Shown here in pieces: positions 12,641-25,049 of a DNA stretch of 64,000 nt. Source of the DNA: Octopus vulgaris. Lineage: Eukaryota. Within the stretch, counting starts at the first letter, position 1; every line of letters starts with the position of its first letter. The stretch spans positions 46,872,001 through 46,936,000 of the forward strand of contig OX597833.1 in the NCBI GenBank assembly GCA_951406725.2, given 5' to 3'. The position numbers and the translations under genes were made by a program. A model generated the notes under the pieces. The model did no database searches. It worked only from the letters and a program-made list of their open reading frames with translations, and was not told the DNA's origin.

Positions 12641-13622
12641 ACAATAAAAATATATTATACAATAAAAAGCATTGTTTTCTAAAAGCTGGTTGTTGTATCT
12701 AAAATAAAATAGCATTGCTTTCTAAAAGCTGAAGTGATGTAGTTTCAAATCAAATCCTTTTTTTTATTATTTTACAAAATCATTATTAATAAAAGAAATC
12801 TAGAGTGGCAAACTGGCAGAATCATTACTGCACTGGACAAAAAGCTTTGGACCATTTCCTTTAGCTTTCCCCATTCTGAGTTCAAATCCAGCCAAGGTTA
12901 ACTTTACCTTTCATTTTTTTTTTTTTCAGGGTTGATAAAATATCAGTTTCCAAAACCTAAATGGGTATTGTTTTAAACTAAATCCTTTTTTACTAATTAT
13001 TAATTAATTAATAATCATTATTAATAAAAGAAGTCTTGGGCAGTAAGCTAACAAAATCATTGCTGTACCAGACAAAATGCTTAGCAACATTTTTTCTAGC
13101 TTTTCACATTCCAAGTTCAAATGCTGGTTAACTTTGCCTTTCATTCTTACAGGGTTAATAAAATAAGTACCAGTTGAGCACTGGAGCCAATGTAATTGAA
13201 CTGGGCCCCTCCTCAATAAATCTTTAGTGCCCTTAGTAGAAAGCATGATTAGTAAAGGAAATCATTAATTCTGCTTCTGTACTATATTTGTACCAGCATT
13301 CTTAGACTTGCTGATATTTCTCAGCACTAATGATTATGATCTGCAAACTTGGTCCATATTAATTCTTGTGAAATAGACAACTGATCCATAATGATTCTTG
13401 ACAACTTTTTCTTTCCTTTCATTTATTTGTCTATAACAAGCCTTGTTATTTTAGAAACGGAAAGTATATAACCTGACTGGAATGAAGATGGCATGTTCTG
13501 ATATTAACCCTTTTGATTGATATCAACCTGCTTGACAAATCTCCTGGTTCTATGATACAAATTTACCACTTCAAAGTGACCTAAATTTAAACTTTCCATC
13601 AAAATTTCTTGTTAATTTATTT

Positions 13623-14022
13623 GAGTGGCTGTGTAGTAAGTAGCTTGCTTACCAACCACATGGTTCTGGGTTCAGTCCCACTGCATGGCACCTTGGGCAA
13701 GTGTCTTCTGCTATAGCCTCGGGCCGACCAAAGCCTTGTGAGTGGATTTGGTAGACGGAAACTGAAAGAAGCCCGTCGTATATATGTATATATATATATA
13801 TATGCGTGTGTGTTTGTGTTCGTCTCCCTAGTATTGCTTGACAACCGATGCTGGTGTGTTTATGTCCCCCGTCACTTAGCGGTTCGGCCTAAAGAGACCG
13901 ATAGAATAAGTACTGGGCTTACAAAAGAATAGGTCCTGGGGTCGAGTTGTTCGATTAAAGGTGGTGCTCCAGCATGGCCGCAGTCAAATGACTGAAACAA
14001 GTCAAAGAGTAAAAGAGAGAGT
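13623..14022 (+). mobile_element. SINE family A
   Basis: Matches family A consensus. Confidence 0.92.
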
Positions 14023-14032
14023 ATCTGCTTAA

Positions 14033-14201
14033 CCATTTAGCATTCAGATTACTCTACCAAATGTAATGTTTATTTATTAACATTGTTTTAAATTAATTAT
14101 GCATTCTATTGTAGTTTCGAAATTTCAATGGTGTGATTGTTTATTTTTAGAATAACATTGTAAGGTAGGTGTGAGAGACAACTGGATCTGGGCAGTTTGA
14201 A

Positions 14202-14232
<31 letters not shown>

Positions 14233-14643
14233 GTTTAACGTCCGTTCTCCATGCTAGCATGGGTTGGACGGTTCGACCGGGGAACTGGGAAGCCAGAAGG
14301 CTGCACCAGGCTCCGGTCTTATCTGGCAATGTTTCTACAGCTGGATGCCCTTCCTAACGCCAACCACTCCGTGAGTATAGTGGGTGCTTTTTACGTGCCA
14401 CCTGCACAGGTGCCAGGCGAGGCTGGCAACGGCCATGGTCGGATTGGTGTATTTTATGTGCCACCGGCACGGAAGCCAGTCAAGGCGGCGCTGGCATCGG
14501 CCACGAGTCGGATAGTGCTTTTTACGTACCACCAGACCAGGGATCCTGGCTGGTTCAATTCGATTTCGATTTCGCTTGCCCCAATATGTCTTGAAACTAG
14601 TAAAATATTTGGGCTGCATTTGGCCAGTTTAAATGCTAAAGGG
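14033..14643. mobile_element. piggyBac-like MITE (family F) interrupted by SINE D
   Basis: TTAA-CCATTTAGCATT ... AATGCTAAAGGG-TTGA; body matches 59377-59597. Confidence 0.75.
14202..14575 (-). mobile_element. SINE family D ((GAT)n tail, internal 67-bp repeat)
   Basis: (CAT)n-CGTTTAACGTCC...CTGGATGCCCTTCCTAACGCCAACC; about 3 internal units. Confidence 0.88.
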
Positions 14644-14839
14644 TTGATAATGGAAAAGTTATTTTATTAAATTCCAAATTATTTTCAAAATTGAAACAAA
14701 GGCAATTTATTTCTACAGAAATATTGTAATGAAGGCATTAAAGAATTCTGATTTTGATCATGTTACTTAAAAAATGAATCAGCATTATTTTTCACAAAAC
14801 TCAAGTGGAAACATTTTCAATAAAATCTTCCAATTCCTC

Positions 14840-15294
14840 TCTCTCTATCTCTCTCATTACTCTTTTACTTGTTTCAGTCATTTGACTGTGGCCATGCTGG
14901 AGCACCGCCTTTAGTTGAGGAAATTGACCCCAGGACTTATTCTTTGTAAGCCTAGTACTTATTCTATCGGTCTCTTTTTGCCGAACCGCAAAGTTGCAGG
15001 GATGTAAACACACCAGCACCAGTTGTCGAGCGATGTTGAGGGGACAAACACTGACACACAAACTTATATATATGAATAAATAAATAAATGGAGTTGAGGA
15101 ATTTTGTTAACATCTTCGTACAACTCCATTTATTTATTCATATATAACACACAAATTTCTGCACACGAACCCGGAGTTTCTACCTTTGGATAGGTCGCTT
15201 CAACCGTGTTTCTGACGTGAATTTGCTACCCTGGTATCGGTTCATCGAATTTTCCATGTTGACGGTAAACATAGGATAATTCATTCACCTATCG

Positions 15295-15357
<63 letters not shown>

Positions 15358-15376
15358 GAACGGCCTTCTTTCAGTA
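14840..15376 (-). mobile_element. SINE family A 3' half with a ~230-bp insert in its (TA)n tract
   Basis: Family A tail 14840-15062, insert 15067-15297, resumes at (TA)n and CGGCCTTCTTTCAGT. Confidence 0.85.
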
Positions 15377-15620
15377 AGATTGTGGTTTCAATTCCTGGAC
15401 CTGGCAACATGTGTTCTTGAGCAAAACACTTCATTTCATGCTGTTCCAGTCCACTCAGATGACAAATATTAGTAATCGTGCAACAGACCAGTGTCCCATC
15501 CAGGTGGGGAATATATAAGATGTGGAAACCAGGAAACTGGCCTTACAACAGGCTTCCTCCAGTTTTCATCAACCAAATCCACTCAAGGCTTTGGTTGACC
15601 TGAGGCTATTATAGTAGAAG

Positions 15621-16008
15621 GTGGAGGCGCAATGGCCCAGTGGTTAGGGCAGCGAACTCGCGGTCATAGGATCGCAGTTTTGATTCCCAGACCGGGCGTT
15701 GTGAGTGTTTATTGAGCGAAAACACCTAAAGCTCCACGAGGCTCCGGCAGGGGATGGTGGTGATCCCTGCTGTACTCTTTCACCACAACTTTCTCTCACT
15801 CTTACTTCCTGTTTCTGTTGTACCTGTATTTCAAAGGGCCAGCCTTGTCACTCTCTGTGTCACGCTGAATATCCCCGAGAACTACATTAAGGGTACACGT
15901 GTCTGTGGAGTGCTCAGCCACTTACACGTTAATTTCATGAGCAGGCTGTTCCGTTGATTCGGATCAACTGGAAACCTCATCGTCGTAACCGACGGAGTGC
16001 TTCCATCC
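15621..16008 (+). mobile_element. SINE family C, full length, inserted in an older family A-like head
   Basis: 10-bp TSD ATAGTAGAAG at 15611-15620 and 16009-16018. Confidence 0.92.
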
Positions 16009-16678
16009 ATAGTAGAAGACACTTCACCAAGGTGCCTTACAGTGGGACTGAACCCAGAACCATGAGGTCGGGAACAGGAAACTGGCCCTGTGTGTGTCTA
16101 TACATATGACTTGGGAATGAACTTAAAAAGACAAAAATATACATAACAGGCTTCTTTCAGTTTCCATCTACTAAATCCACTCACAAAGGCTTTGGTTGAC
16201 CTGAGGCTATTATAGTAGAAAACACTTGACCAAGGTGCCTTACGGTAGAACTGAACCTCAAACCATGTGGTTGGGAAACGAGGCAATGTGATTTAGATAA
16301 AACACCAATTCTAGTTTTTGGTAGATATTTAACAGCCTTACTGAAATAACCTTGAAATCTAATTTTGTAGTTTAAAGGTTAATGGAGCATGGAAGTCGTC
16401 AGAGACTCCCAATGGTTATGCTTTTTTATAGAGCTTCACATTACTGTGGTTTTAACTATGTAACTCGAATTTTATTAAATGTACAGAACATATGTTTCTT
16501 TGTACTTCTCTGACGGTTTTCAATTTGAATGAATAGAAGCTAAGACCGGGTAAGAAAGGTGCAAGTCATTGTCGTCGATTTTATTGGAGCACTGTCTTTC
16601 ATAGAATAATTTTTTTGCACAAAAGAAACCATTAATGCATATAACATAATCTCTATATATAATCTGAAATATAATAAT

Positions 16679-17055
16679 GAACCACATGGTTCTAGGTTCA
16701 GTCCCACTGCATGGCACTTTGGGCAAGTGTCTTCTACTATAGCCTCGGGCCGACCAAAGCCTTGAGAGTGGATTTGGTAGACGGAAACTGAAAGAAGCCC
16801 GTCGTATATATGTATATGTACATATATGTATGTGTGTGTATATGTTTGTGTGTCTGTGTTTGTCCCCCACCACATTGCTTGACAACCGATGCTGGTGTGT
16901 TTACGTCCCTGTAACTTAGCAGTTCAGCAAAAGAGACCAATAAAATAAGTACTAGGCTTACAAAAAATAAGTCCTGGGGTCGATTTGCTCGACTATAGGC
17001 GGTGCTCCAGCATGGCCACCGTCACATGACTGAAAAGAGTAAAAGTGTAAGAGTA
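16679..17055 (+). mobile_element. SINE family A (5'-truncated), followed by an older diverged copy at 17062-17390
   Basis: Matches consensus. Confidence 0.9.
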
Positions 17056-17446
17056 TAAAATGAGGTATGGCTGTATGGTAAGAAGTTTGCTTCCCAACCA
17101 CATGGTTCCAGGTTCAGTCCCACTGCACGGCAACTTGGGCAAGTGTCTTCTGCTATAGCTTCAGGGAGTGGGGGTGTTTGTGCCTTTGTGCTGGTGTTTG
17201 TCCCCACCACTGCTTGACAACCACTGTTGGTGCGTTCACGTCCCCATAACTTAGCAGTTCAGCAAAGGAGACTTGAAAAATTAAGTAAACACTGGGACCG
17301 ATTCATTCAATTAATAATTCTTCAAACGGGTGCCACAGCAGGGCTACAGCATGGCCACAGTCTAATGACTGAAACAAGTGAAAGATATTAGATAAGATTA
17401 TAAGACCAGCCGTAAGGATATGAACCAAATGAAATTTAGCTATTTC

Positions 17447-17845
17447 TAACTCTCTTTACTCTCTCTCTTTTACATGTTTTAGTCATTTGACTGTGGCCAT
17501 GCTGGAGCACCGCCTTTAGTCGAGCAAATCGACCCCGGGACTTATTCTTTGTAAGCCCACTACTTATTCTATTTGTCTCTTTTGCCGAACCGCTAAGTGC
17601 CGGGGACGTAAACACACCAACATCGGTTGTCAAGTAATGCTAGGGGGACAAACACAGACACACAAACACATACATATATACGACAGGCTTCTTTCAGTTT
17701 CCGTCTACCAAATCCACTCACAAGGCATTGGTCGGCCCGGGGCTATAGCAAAAGACACTTGCCCAAGATGCCACGCAGTGGGACTGAACCCAGAACCATG
17801 TGGTTGGTTAGCAAGCTACTTACCACACAGCCACTCCTGCGCCTA
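17447..17845 (-). mobile_element. SINE family A, full length
   Basis: Reverse complement of the full consensus. Confidence 0.92.
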
Positions 17846-18654
17846 ACTGGTCCAACAGCCATACAAAGTCTCACTTTTTCACTCGTCAGTTTTACAGCAG
17901 TGAATATGTGAACATAGATCCATGTCAAATCCTACCCTTAGAAAGAATGCAAATCTAAGGTTGTTAAAATACCCAAATGATTATTTCCCTGGCTATTTTT
18001 GTCCCTGGCATCTAGGACATTTGGGTACTGTGGTGTGCAGAATTTAATGTATTGTCTGAAATACACAAGGAAATACTCAAGATTGGGACCAAAGGCCTGG
18101 AAACTAATGGTTTGTTGTAAATATTCACACAGTCAATTCATTAGATTTTTCATTTTCACATCTCATACCTAGGAAGGTAATCTAAAAATAGACCAAGTTC
18201 ACACCAATAACTAGAATGTGTGAGAATGGAAAAGGTGAGAGAGAAAGGGAGGCAATGAAAGAGAGAGAGAGAAAAAGCAAGAGAGAGAGAGAAAGTGAGA
18301 GAAAGAGAGTTAAAGTGAAAGAGAAGGCATGTTAATGTGAAACAGAGAGAAGAAAGTTGAATAGGAGACATAAAAAAAAATATGTACACTTTACCTCTAC
18401 CTCTCTCTTTCTCAATACAAAAACTAGACAAACAACAAAAACTGTAAAATTGGTGTAGCAGACGGGGGTGGGAGCGTTGAAGGGTGGGGAGAACAACAAA
18501 ATGTGAACATGTTGCACATTAATAATGGTCAAGCTATAGAACTGGTTGGTCCAAAAATAGAAACTCATGTAGGAATTCTCAAAACATGTAGAAATGCATG
18601 CATGCATACCTACATGTTTTGAAAATTCTTTCATACATACATACATACATACAT

Positions 18655-18693
<39 letters not shown>

Positions 18694-18949
18694 GTCAGCC
18701 ACACAGATAAATTATATATACCGTGTTTCCCCAAAAATAAGACCTACTCCTAAAATAAGCCCTACCGTGATTTTTCAGGATGTTTTTAATATAAGCCCTA
18801 CCCCGAAAATAAGACCTAGTCAAAAATGCATCAGCTTGTTAGCAAGACCCTGTGGTGTTTGTTTGCAAAATAAACCAACTACCGCAGTTTGGCTAAAGTC
18901 TGTGTCAAGCGCACATGTACAGAGTCGACTCCATTGTCCCCCAGGCAAG

Positions 18950-20481
18950 ATGAGTGCAAAAAGAAAGAGTTATTCCACGGAGTACAAGAAGAGAATTGTA
19001 GAAAAGTCACATAGGAACTTACAGCTTTCTGTAAGGAGAATGTTGGATATCCGAATGGTTCATAAATGGCAAGTAGAGTACGATGATCTCAGCAGAGAGG
19101 TGGACGAGGGAAGTGCTAAGAACCACAAGTGTGGATCAGGTTGACAATCATTATTTTCAGAGCTGGAAGATACCAGCTCGGGATGGATTGTTGACAGAAC
19201 AAAGGCTTTGATTGTACACAGGGCTGATATTCAAGAATTTGCTCTTGCAAAGGCACCACAGTTGGCGGTGCTTCTACAATGGCGCTTAAGATGGTCCGGT
19301 CATGTGGCCCGGTGTCCAGAGGGTGAGCTGATTCGCAATGTCCTCCTCTCACCTCCATTTCCCAACTGGCGCAAATGCACGGGTGGGCAGCTGAAGACCT
19401 GGGCAACGACGATAAAGGAGGACCTCTCTGAACTCTCAGGTCCGCAAGGGGTCGGTCTGCACAGATGGAACCGCGAATGGCTCGCTATCTCCAGTGACCT
19501 CGCACAGGACCATCGAGTGTGGGCCACCATGGTTCGTGATGCTGTCAGGACCAGAGAAGAGGCCAGCTCAACCTGCCCTGGGTGGATGCCATCACAAGTA
19601 CAAGTACAAGTAAGTACAGTTGGATGTACCCCTAGAGATATTCAAAGCATCACTTCATTGGTTTGATTACTTACTTCGGTGATATGAGCTCTCTCTAAGA
19701 AGATCGACAACACTGGTCAAGCTGGTGGATGCTGAAGTGATTCAGCGTGCACTTTCATTCAAGTCCTTCGTTGATGGCATCGACTTTTCTAAATACAATC
19801 TCTCCAATATAATTGCTAGGGATGAGACTACAGTATTTATGGGCCAAGGATCTAAAATGACAATTAAACAAACAGGCACCTCGTCAATTTACGTTGCCTC
19901 AACAGGTTATGAAAGTGCAAGAGTTAGTTGTATTTTAGCAAAAGTCCCACCGCTTACCATCACAAAGGGTAAAAAAAAAAAGGAGAAAATGGAACAAGTT
20001 TCAGGCATTAATGTCCTTGAAATGGAAAAGGGTTGGTGCACACAAGGTGATATAAGAAAATGGGTTGATTTAACTATGCCACTTGTTTTATGTGGTTCTC
20101 AAAAAGGTATTTTAGTCTGGTATTTGGCCAGTACTCATCACGCAAAAGATATGAAAACCTTCCTTTCTGAAAGAAAAATTGACCACATAATTCCCAAGGG
20201 AATGACTTCATATCTACAAACATTTGATCTTGTAATAAACAAGCCCTTCAAAGATTATTTGCGGATGGAAGTGAATGAATATATTGAACATAGAATTGAG
20301 AGAAATCAACATGGAAACTTTGTCAAACCCAACCTCCAAGAATTGGGTGAAGAATTCATGGAATAAAATTAACTTCAGATGTGTTGCCAATGCACTACAT
20401 GCAGGGTACTTGGGCAAAAAGTGTTCATTTAAGGAAAGTTATATTGCCAAGCATGAGAGATTGGGGTTCATGATTCTATAG
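18950..20481 (+). pseudogene. pogo/CENP-B-like (DDE_1) transposase pseudogene
   Basis: MSAKRKSYSTEYKKRIV N-terminal HTH; FKASLHWF..LSLRRSTT Tc5-HTH motif; NIIARDET; IIPKGMTSYLQTFDLVINKPFKDYLR; stops, frameshifts and a LINE insertion. Confidence 0.88.
19266..19615 (+). mobile_element. RTE-clade LINE 3' fragment inserted in the transposase
   Basis: RLRWSGHVAR...GGQLKTW..TIKEDL..AQDHRVW; (CAAGTA)n tail; 8-bp TSD ACAGTTGG at 19258-19265 and 19616-19623. Confidence 0.92.
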
Positions 20482-20585
20482 GAAATGGATCTGCAAGAAA
20501 TTCAGTCTGACGTTCAGGGTTTGATTATTTATGACGAAGTTCCAAAAGAGTACTTGACTAAAAACAATAAGCAAATAAATAAGCT

Positions 20586-20745
20586 TTTGATAACTAAAAA
20601 CAATTTTTACTATTTTTTTGATAACTAAAAACAATTTTTACTATTTTTTTGATAACTAAAAATAATTTTTACTATTTTTTTTTCATAACTAAAAATAGTT
20701 TTTACTATTTTTTTTTTGATAACTTAAAACAATTTTTACAATTTT
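20586..20745. repeat. ~32-bp AT-rich minisatellite (about 5 units) inside the transposon
   Basis: TTTTGATAACTAAAAACAATTTTTACTATTT repeated. Confidence 0.85.
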
Positions 20746-21385
20746 TTTTCCTTTTACATGAGGACAATGAGACTGTCCTTTCTTGGATTTTTTTCAGCAA
20801 AACTATAAGACCTCTCCCGAAAATAAGCCCTAATGCATTTTTTTTGGATGCAAAATTAATATAAGACCGGGTCTTATTTTCAGGGAAACACAGTAGATAC
20901 ATGTAGATACATTCATATATACCTACCTACAAATATGCATGGATATATACAAAGGCAAGCATGAATGTGTCAATACATACAAGCAAGCATACATAGATGC
21001 ACTCATGCATGCAAATAAATGCATATGCAAATGCACAAACACAAACAAGAGTGCATATTCAAAATTCATTCAATACATATTTATACACATATACACTCAG
21101 CATACATACACACACACAATTCAATGCCAATGTGTGTATTGTATCTGTATGTACGTGTTTACAAACACACATACAAATAAACGTACATACACGCACATGC
21201 AACAAAATCATGTGGATTGCAACAATGCAAAAACAAACTACCAAGCTGAAGACAAACACACACAAGTACAAATGCCCCAAAAATGACTAATATGAAACAT
21301 TAAATGTCTTTTCCAGGTAGTGCTATTAAGTTACACATAGCCTAGGCCAATCCTGGATGAAACTTATCAAAGAGTGTGTGTGTGA

Positions 21386-21581
21386 CGCCATGATAGATCG
21401 TTAGCTCCTACATGCATTTTTTTCTCTCCTTGTTTTTTTCTATGTATCTTTCTGTCGTAGAGCGTAGGCTCGACACGTAAAAGACTTTTCTATTTCTATT
21501 CCTGAGCACCATACTAATACATCTGTTTGTTTGTACTCCATCTGCCTTCGTCTTTTGTTTATTTTCGTAAACCTTCCTGTT
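21386..21581 (+). mobile_element. Penelope-like short repeat family b with degenerate hammerhead fold (21447-21484)
   Basis: TCTTT-CTGTCGT-A-GAGC gtag GCTC-GACA-CGTA-AAAGA; 3' end abuts (TA)n; copies at 22030-22238 and 46545-46732. Confidence 0.7.
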
Positions 21582-21718
21582 ATATATATATATATAGTAG
21601 TATATAGTAGGCTATAGTAGAAGACACTTGCCCAAGCTGCCACGCAGTGGGACTGAACCCAGAACCATGTGGTTGGTAAGCAAGCTACTTACCACACTCC
21701 CACTCCTGCGCCTATATG

Positions 21719-21770
<52 letters not shown>

Positions 21771-21954
21771 TATATGTATATCTGTATCTATTGGATTGGA
21801 CTGCCCATGTTCAGTCCACAGCAAGAAGAAAGCCTCAACATGTTCTCTCTACCCAACCATGGTTTGATGTGGAAGTTACAAATTTGACATTGAGACCATA
21901 CTGGTTAAATATACTAGCTGGCCCCGTACCATCAAAGATGATGGCTAATTGTAG

Positions 21955-22005
<51 letters not shown>

Positions 22006-22029
22006 TATGTGTGTGTGTATATACATATA

Positions 22030-22321
22030 ATGGGAAGGTTTACGAAAATAAACAAAAGACGAAGGCAGGTGGAGTACAAACAAACAAATGTATTAGTATA
22101 GCGCTCAGGAATAGAAATAGTAAAAGTCTTTTATGTTTTGAGCCTACGCTCTTCGACAGAAAGATACACAGAAAAAAACAAGGGAGAGAAAAAAAGAGAG
22201 AAAAAAATGTGTGTAGGAGCTAACGATCTATCATGGCGTCCTGACTTCAGACAGTGGTCTGACGCGAGAGGGACAGTAGGGGAGATAACAGGATCAAGTG
22301 ACTTCCAATACGAAGGTGCCC

Positions 22322-22322
<1 letters not shown>
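22030..22322 (-). mobile_element. Penelope-like short repeat family b (longer copy) with degenerate hammerhead fold (22127-22164)
   Basis: Inverted copy of 21386-21581; minus strand TCTTT-CTGTCGA-A-GAGC gtag GCTC-AAAA-CATA-AAAGA; TA-rich tracts on both sides. Confidence 0.7.
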
Positions 22323-22385
<63 letters not shown>

Positions 22386-22591
22386 TAGATCAAATTAAAA
22401 TACTTGTCAATGTTATGTAGTGGTTGTCTTTTGAGATGTGACATCGATCATCATTTATTACTGAAAGATCGCTGGTTCACACATACGTTCACATACTTCC
22501 CTTGTACATGTACACACATACATTCACACAGACTTGAAACACTGATTTTTCTTTTCAGTGTTGAATGTTCACCATCCCACTTCCATTGCGC

Positions 22592-22629
<38 letters not shown>

Positions 22630-22767
22630 ATATACCTCCCTTTTACATACACACATATACTCACACAGAGTTGAAATGCTCCCACTATCAGTTTGCCATC
22701 ACCCCTTCCTTTCACATTTATATGTTGTGACGAAGAAAAACAAGAGTATTATTATAGTAGATATATA

Positions 22768-22969
22768 TAGGCGCAAGAGTGGCTGTGTGGTATAGGCACA
22801 GGAGTGGCTGTGTGGTAAGTAGCTTGCTTACGAACCACATGGTTTCGGGTTCAATCTCACTGCATGGCACCTTGGGCAAGTGTCTTCTACTATAGCCTTG
22901 GGCTGACCAAAGCCTTGTGAGTGAATTTGGTAGACGGAAATTGAAAGAAGCCCGTTGTACATGTGTGTG

Positions 22970-23010
<41 letters not shown>

Positions 23011-23250
23011 TGTGTGTGTGTATGTATGTATGTGTGTGTATATGTTTGTGTGTCTGTGTTTATCCCCCCAACAGCGCTTGACAAATGATGCTGGTGTGTT
23101 TACGTCCCAGTAACTTAGCAGTTCAGCAAAAGAGACTGATAGAATAAGTACTAGGCTTACAAAGAATAAGTCCTGGGGTCGATTTGCTTGACTAAAGGTG
23201 GTACTCCAGCATGGCCACAGTCAAATGACTGAAACAAGTAAAAGAGTAAT
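22768..23250 (+). mobile_element. SINE family A with duplicated 5' 24 bp
   Basis: TAGGCGCAAGAGTGGCTGTGTGG directly followed by TATAGGCACAGGAGTGGCTGTGTGG. Confidence 0.9.
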
Positions 23251-23275
23251 AGAATACATACATACATACAAATAG

Positions 23276-23317
<42 letters not shown>

Positions 23318-23861
23318 TTATATTTATTTATTCATACACGCATGCACACACATACTTATACATATACCCATATATACAGAAAGGAAAATAAAGAAACGAG
23401 AGGAGGTTGGTGGGGGAGTAAAACAACAATTAAGCTTATGAAAAGAAAGAAAAATGATAGATAGATCCAAGTTATTGATCCCAGTAATGCAACATAATAA
23501 AATATTCATCTACATCCTTCGCCACCACCAATTGATCAGCAAACCAACCAACCAACCAACCAACAGACCGGCCAACACACTATTGTACTGTGTATAGCTA
23601 CCTGAATTGGATCATTCAGAATCATAGAGTTCCTCTGAGAAGACAAAGTACATCTATGATTAGATACTGATTGATTATATAATTTCACTGACTATTAACC
23701 TCATCTTTAGAGATGAGACAGTGAATTGGCAGTCTTTAAAAGCACCAAATAGAATAGAGTGCTTTGTAGTTTTGGTTCCAGTTTTCTGCACTCTGAGGTC
23801 AAAATCCTCGCCCACCAAGGTCAAAGGTCAGAGGTCAACTTTGCCTTTCACCCTTTCAGAA

Positions 23862-23918
<57 letters not shown>

Positions 23919-24084
23919 TATCAGTCTATAGGGTGGTGAGTTGGTAGAATTGTTAGAGATTTCAGTGAGAGGTTTTGCATTATCTCTTCAACTTCTTTGT
24001 GTTTTGGGTTCAAATTACAAAAGCGGTGAGCTGGCAGAATCATCAGCACGTCTGACAGAAATACTTAGTGGTATTTCTTCTGGC

Positions 24085-24312
24085 GGCAAGCTGGCAGAAT
24101 CGCTAGCATGCCGGGCGAAATGCTTGGCGGTATTTCGCCCGTCGCTACGTTCTGAGTTCAAATTCCGCCGAGGTTGACTTTGCCTTTTATCCTTTCGGGG
24201 TCGATAAATTAAGTACCAGTTACACACTGGGGTCGATGTAATCGACTTAATCTGTTTGTCTGTCCTTGTTTGTCCCCTCTGTGTTTAGCCCCTTGTGGGT
24301 ATTAAAGAAATA
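24085..24312 (+). mobile_element. SINE family B inserted into an older family B copy (24023-24365)
   Basis: 15-bp TSD GGTATTTCTTCTGGC at 24070-24084 and 24313-24327. Confidence 0.9.
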
Positions 24313-25049
24313 GGTATTTCTTCTGGCTCTTTACATTTTAAGTTCAAATCCCACCAAGGTCAACAGTGGTAAGAATCTCTCAAAAGGGCTGAAGAGCAAA
24401 ATGTCTCCAGAGAAAAAAAACCCACTCAGGCAAGTGTTTCATTCAGCCCTTAATTTCTTATATATACTCTAAGGGGGCTGGGCTGCATCCCAGTCATGAC
24501 CCCTGGGTGCCCTTCTGCTGCCACTTTTTAGCCACTTGGATACTGGAGACATAGTCATGAAGATTTCAGTTAATTGCAACTCCTCTTTGTTCACCCAGCT
24601 TTTGAAACTTATACTTAAAACTAGCTTAAAAGCCACATTCAGTGTTGACTTTTAAACTAGCTCCTGCAGAGGGCTAATTGGGCCTGAAGCCCAAAACTAA
24701 AAAAAGCAACAACAATGAAGCATTTATAGGTACCCTACAAATATGGTATTTCTTTAAATTCAGTTTAAATGAAAAACTTGTAAATTCAGAACTGACTTCA
24801 CTTTTTTTTTTCTTTTTTTTTTTTTTACCATTCTCAGGATTGATGGAAATAGTAACAGCCAGGTTCCAAAATCAAGTTGATTAACTATATCCATTCCCCA
24901 GCAAAAATTCTTCCACAGCACTGCAGCTGAATGTTACTCAAAATACCTATGTAGGTCCCAGCTATTGAAAGTTACTGTACTTGATGGTTTATAAGGAGTC
25001 CTTGGTAGATTTAAGTTATATCTGAGTAGTAAATCAATAGAGAATGATT

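Larger units (their letters stand above)
13508..14740. mobile_element. TTAA/CCCTTT-ended MITE (family G) split by nested insertions
   Basis: Segments 13508-13622 and 14648-14740 join to match the uninterrupted copy at 55799-56031. Confidence 0.65.
18721..20893 (+). mobile_element. Tc2/pogo-group DNA transposon, full length, decayed
   Basis: 24-bp imperfect TIRs CCGTGTTTCCCCAAAAATAAGACC / GGTCTTATTTTCAGGGAAACACAG, TA on both sides, subterminal AAAATAAG(A/C)CCT repeats. Confidence 0.93.
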
